Shown here: positions 61,942-64,000 of the stretch, piece after piece
How positions within the stretch are numbered: the first letter of the stretch is position 1
How the letters are laid out: each line of letters starts with the position of its first letter
NCBI GenBank assembly: GCA_963823335.1
Contig: CAWGLD010000004.1
Location: 480,001-544,000 of the forward strand
Length of the DNA: 64,000 nucleotides
Direction of reading: 5' to 3'
Origin: an uncultured delta proteobacterium
GTDB lineage: Bacteria; Desulfobacterota; Desulfobacteria; Desulfobacterales; B30-G6
Position numbers and translations under genes: made by a program
The notes under the pieces: generated by a model
What the model saw: the letters and a program-made list of their open reading frames with translations, nothing else
Told to the model about the DNA's origin: nothing
Database searches by the model: none

Positions 61942-61988
61942 TCTGCAATTTGGTGGGGTGTTATTTTCTGGTTTTCAATAGATTTTTG

Positions 61989-63671
61989 CTAAAGCAGGCC
62001 TCCTACAAAACAACCATAGCCATCACCACCACCGGCATCCGACGTAGAATCATATTCAGGGGATATATTAGCCTTGACACCTGGACCGCCTATATCAACA
62101 ATAATTCCATTTTCAGCTAAATCGTCATCTCCCCTTTTTCCATCAACAAAATACAGCGTGATGTTATTTTTATTAATTTTAGCTCCGGTCTGGCCGTTAA
62201 AAATGAATTCATACCAGTGATCAAATGGATCATCCGGGGTCAGGCCATACTTAGAATACGTGTTAAATGTAATCTCAGAGGGAAAATAAAAAGTTACGGA
62301 TGTAGCGCCCCCGATGCGAATCCCTGCCACGGTAAATGAAAAAAATCCATATGAGAAATCTACGCCGGACGGATAATTGGTGTCTGGTGGTTCAATAACC
62401 GCTTTACAATTTTTAATTGACGTGCCGGGAGGCGTTTCGAGCACCACGTAATCAGTCGCATTGTCAATCGCTAAAGAACTCACATTGCTTTGAAGACTGT
62501 CAAGTATACCATCATTATTTCCATCACCATCGATTGGACCAGCATTTTCCTCTTTATTGCTAACACCATCATTATCATAATCTGCTAAGAATACAGCTGT
62601 AATGGTCACGTCAGAATTGATAGATATTTTCTCAGGATTATCAGAAGAATCAAGCCCACCGCTCCATTCACTAAACAGCCACCCTGAATTGGCCGTTGCT
62701 GTCATCGTAATTAATGAACCCTTAGAGTAATAATCTTTTTCAGGATCAATCTCGACATTACCTGAACCAACGATATTTATGGTTATGCTCAACAACTTAT
62801 TCACTGTATTTATTGTATAGTTCTGATTTGATTGATTGTTAGTTACGTTACTGTAGCTCCGAGATGCCGGGGAAAAAATGTAACCCTCCTTTGTTGGGGT
62901 AACCGTACCACTCCAGCCATAAGTTACATTACGGCTGTAGTACCCTGAACTGTTTGTAGTATCTGTACCTCCGCCATTACCAAACGTTACCGTGACGCCA
63001 CTGAATCCGTTGCCTGACGAAGTGCGGACATAACCGGAAATGGTTCTATCCGGCTGAGCTTGTGTCCCGGTGTAGTTCTGGTTTGATTGATCGGCGTTTA
63101 CGTTACTGTAGCTCCGAGATGCCGGGGAAAAAATGTAACCCTCCTTTGTTGGGGTTACCGTACCGCTCCAGCCATAAGCTATCTCATGACTGTAATACCC
63201 AGAGCTATTTGTAGTGTCTGTACCTCCTCCGTTACTGAACGTAAGCGTAACTTCGTTAATCCCTCCGCCTGAAGATGTACGAACATAACCGGAAATGGTA
63301 TTGGCCTGATGAACCTGGGTCCCAATATAGTCTTGGTTTGATAGATTAGAAGTCACGTTAACGTAACTCAGTGATGCTGGGTTAAAGCTGAAACCATCTT
63401 TGGTAGGTATACTTTTACCACTCCAGCTATTTGGGATACCTATGCTGTAATAACCAGATTCGTTCGTGGTTGTGGATCTGACATTATCGAATGTAACATT
63501 GACTCCCTCAATCCCACTGCCTGATGATGTGCGGACATACCCGGATATCTCTTTTGCGAAACCATCAGCTACTCCAATGAATAATGAAATTATAAGCAGA
63601 ATAAACAAGTGTAATAAGCATACGATAGGAGATATATTGCTGTAAGCAGTTTTTAATTGTTCTGTTTTCAT
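61989..63671 (-). CDS. Surface protein: three ~85-aa beta repeats, InlB-B-like domain, choice-of-anchor U-like domain, Gly-rich CFV tail
   Basis: ISGYVRTSSG repeats (255-bp DNA period); GDGNNDGILDSLQSNV, ITLYFVDGKRGDDDL..NGIIVDIGGP; ends GGGDGYGCFVGGLL. Confidence 0.8.
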   Translation of the reverse strand: MKTEQLKTAYSNISPIVCLLHLFILLIISLFIGVADGFAKEISGYVRTSSGSGIEGVNVTFDNVRSTTTNESGYYSIGIPNSWSGKSIPTKDGFSFNPASLSYVNVTSNLSNQDYIGTQVHQANTISGYVRTSSGGGINEVTLTFSNGGGTDTTNSSGYYSHEIAYGWSGTVTPTKEGYIFSPASRSYSNVNADQSNQNYTGTQAQPDRTISGYVRTSSGNGFSGVTVTFGNGGGTDTTNSSGYYSRNVTYGWSGTVTPTKEGYIFSPASRSYSNVTNNQSNQNYTINTVNKLLSITINIVGSGNVEIDPEKDYYSKGSLITMTATANSGWLFSEWSGGLDSSDNPEKISINSDVTITAVFLADYDNDGVSNKEENAGPIDGDGNNDGILDSLQSNVSSLAIDNATDYVVLETPPGTSIKNCKAVIEPPDTNYPSGVDFSYGFFSFTVAGIRIGGATSVTFYFPSEITFNTYSKYGLTPDDPFDHWYEFIFNGQTGAKINKNNITLYFVDGKRGDDDLAENGIIVDIGGPGVKANISPEYDSTSDAGGGDGYGCFVGGLL

Positions 63672-64000
63672 TATCTTTGCATTTCTTGAGACTATAATCT
63701 GTTTAGCAGGGCGATGACGTCCTTTTTAATAAATATAAATTCCTAAAATGGGATCCTTGCCTTAAGAACAGAAGCACTATTGATTTATAATAAGAAGGAG
63801 TAGCGGTGAAATCAAATCAATCTGAGCTGGCTAGGATAACCTTCTTAACCATGAAATGATCCTTTTACGAAGGTTTGATATTAGGATGTGAAAAAAACTT
63901 CTAAAGAATACTAAAAAGCGGTGTTGATGTCAATAAATTTATATAAATCAACATATTGTATAATATCTTGCCACTTTATGGAAAACACTTTCTCAAAGAC

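Noticed and set aside
62815-63300. 255-bp tandem DNA repeat as a CRISPR or DGR TR/VR pair
   Set aside because: In-frame domain duplication within one CDS; no RT or cas genes

Overview
Bacterial chromosomal segment. Gene content and repeat style suggest a Desulfobacterota (Desulfobacterales-like) organism; this taxonomy is inference. Housekeeping content: acnA (5' part), a PBP1A, a SPOR protein, birA-bioY-bioMN with a visible BirA operator, trkAH, tRNA-Lys(TTT)/tRNA-Glu(TTC), ihfA, trxB-like, an HDAC+GNAT pair, arylsulfatase, Fe-S flavoprotein, tamB-Omp85, MFS, a sigma54 YeiH/PSE transporter unit with its heme-c sensor kinase and NtrC-type regulator, CDF, sugar ABC + ROK kinase, mpl, hemL, a degenerate KptA-like gene and tRNA-Lys(CTT). 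There are two tRNA-anchored accessory regions. (1) A ~2.8-kb integrase-less islet bounded by an 87-bp tRNA-Glu direct repeat, carrying an IS5 remnant and a putative TA pair. (2) The ~54.2-64 kb region after tRNA-Lys(CTT), which holds the most interesting signals. One is a selenoprotein operon missed by the ORF track: a CopZ/HMA-BFD fusion with three in-frame UGA codons at conserved Cys positions (GMT-U-xx-U and NPKGR-U-C) and a CxxU thioredoxin-fold protein, each UGA followed by a SECIS-like hairpin. The other is an array of co-oriented gene modules separated by a 169-bp, indel-free, promoter-like repeat (3 full copies plus 2 related junction motifs, one hit by an IS1182). Several MITE/REP-like families and IS200 and group II intron remnants are also present. 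All coordinates, alignments and family calls were made by eye, without database searches.
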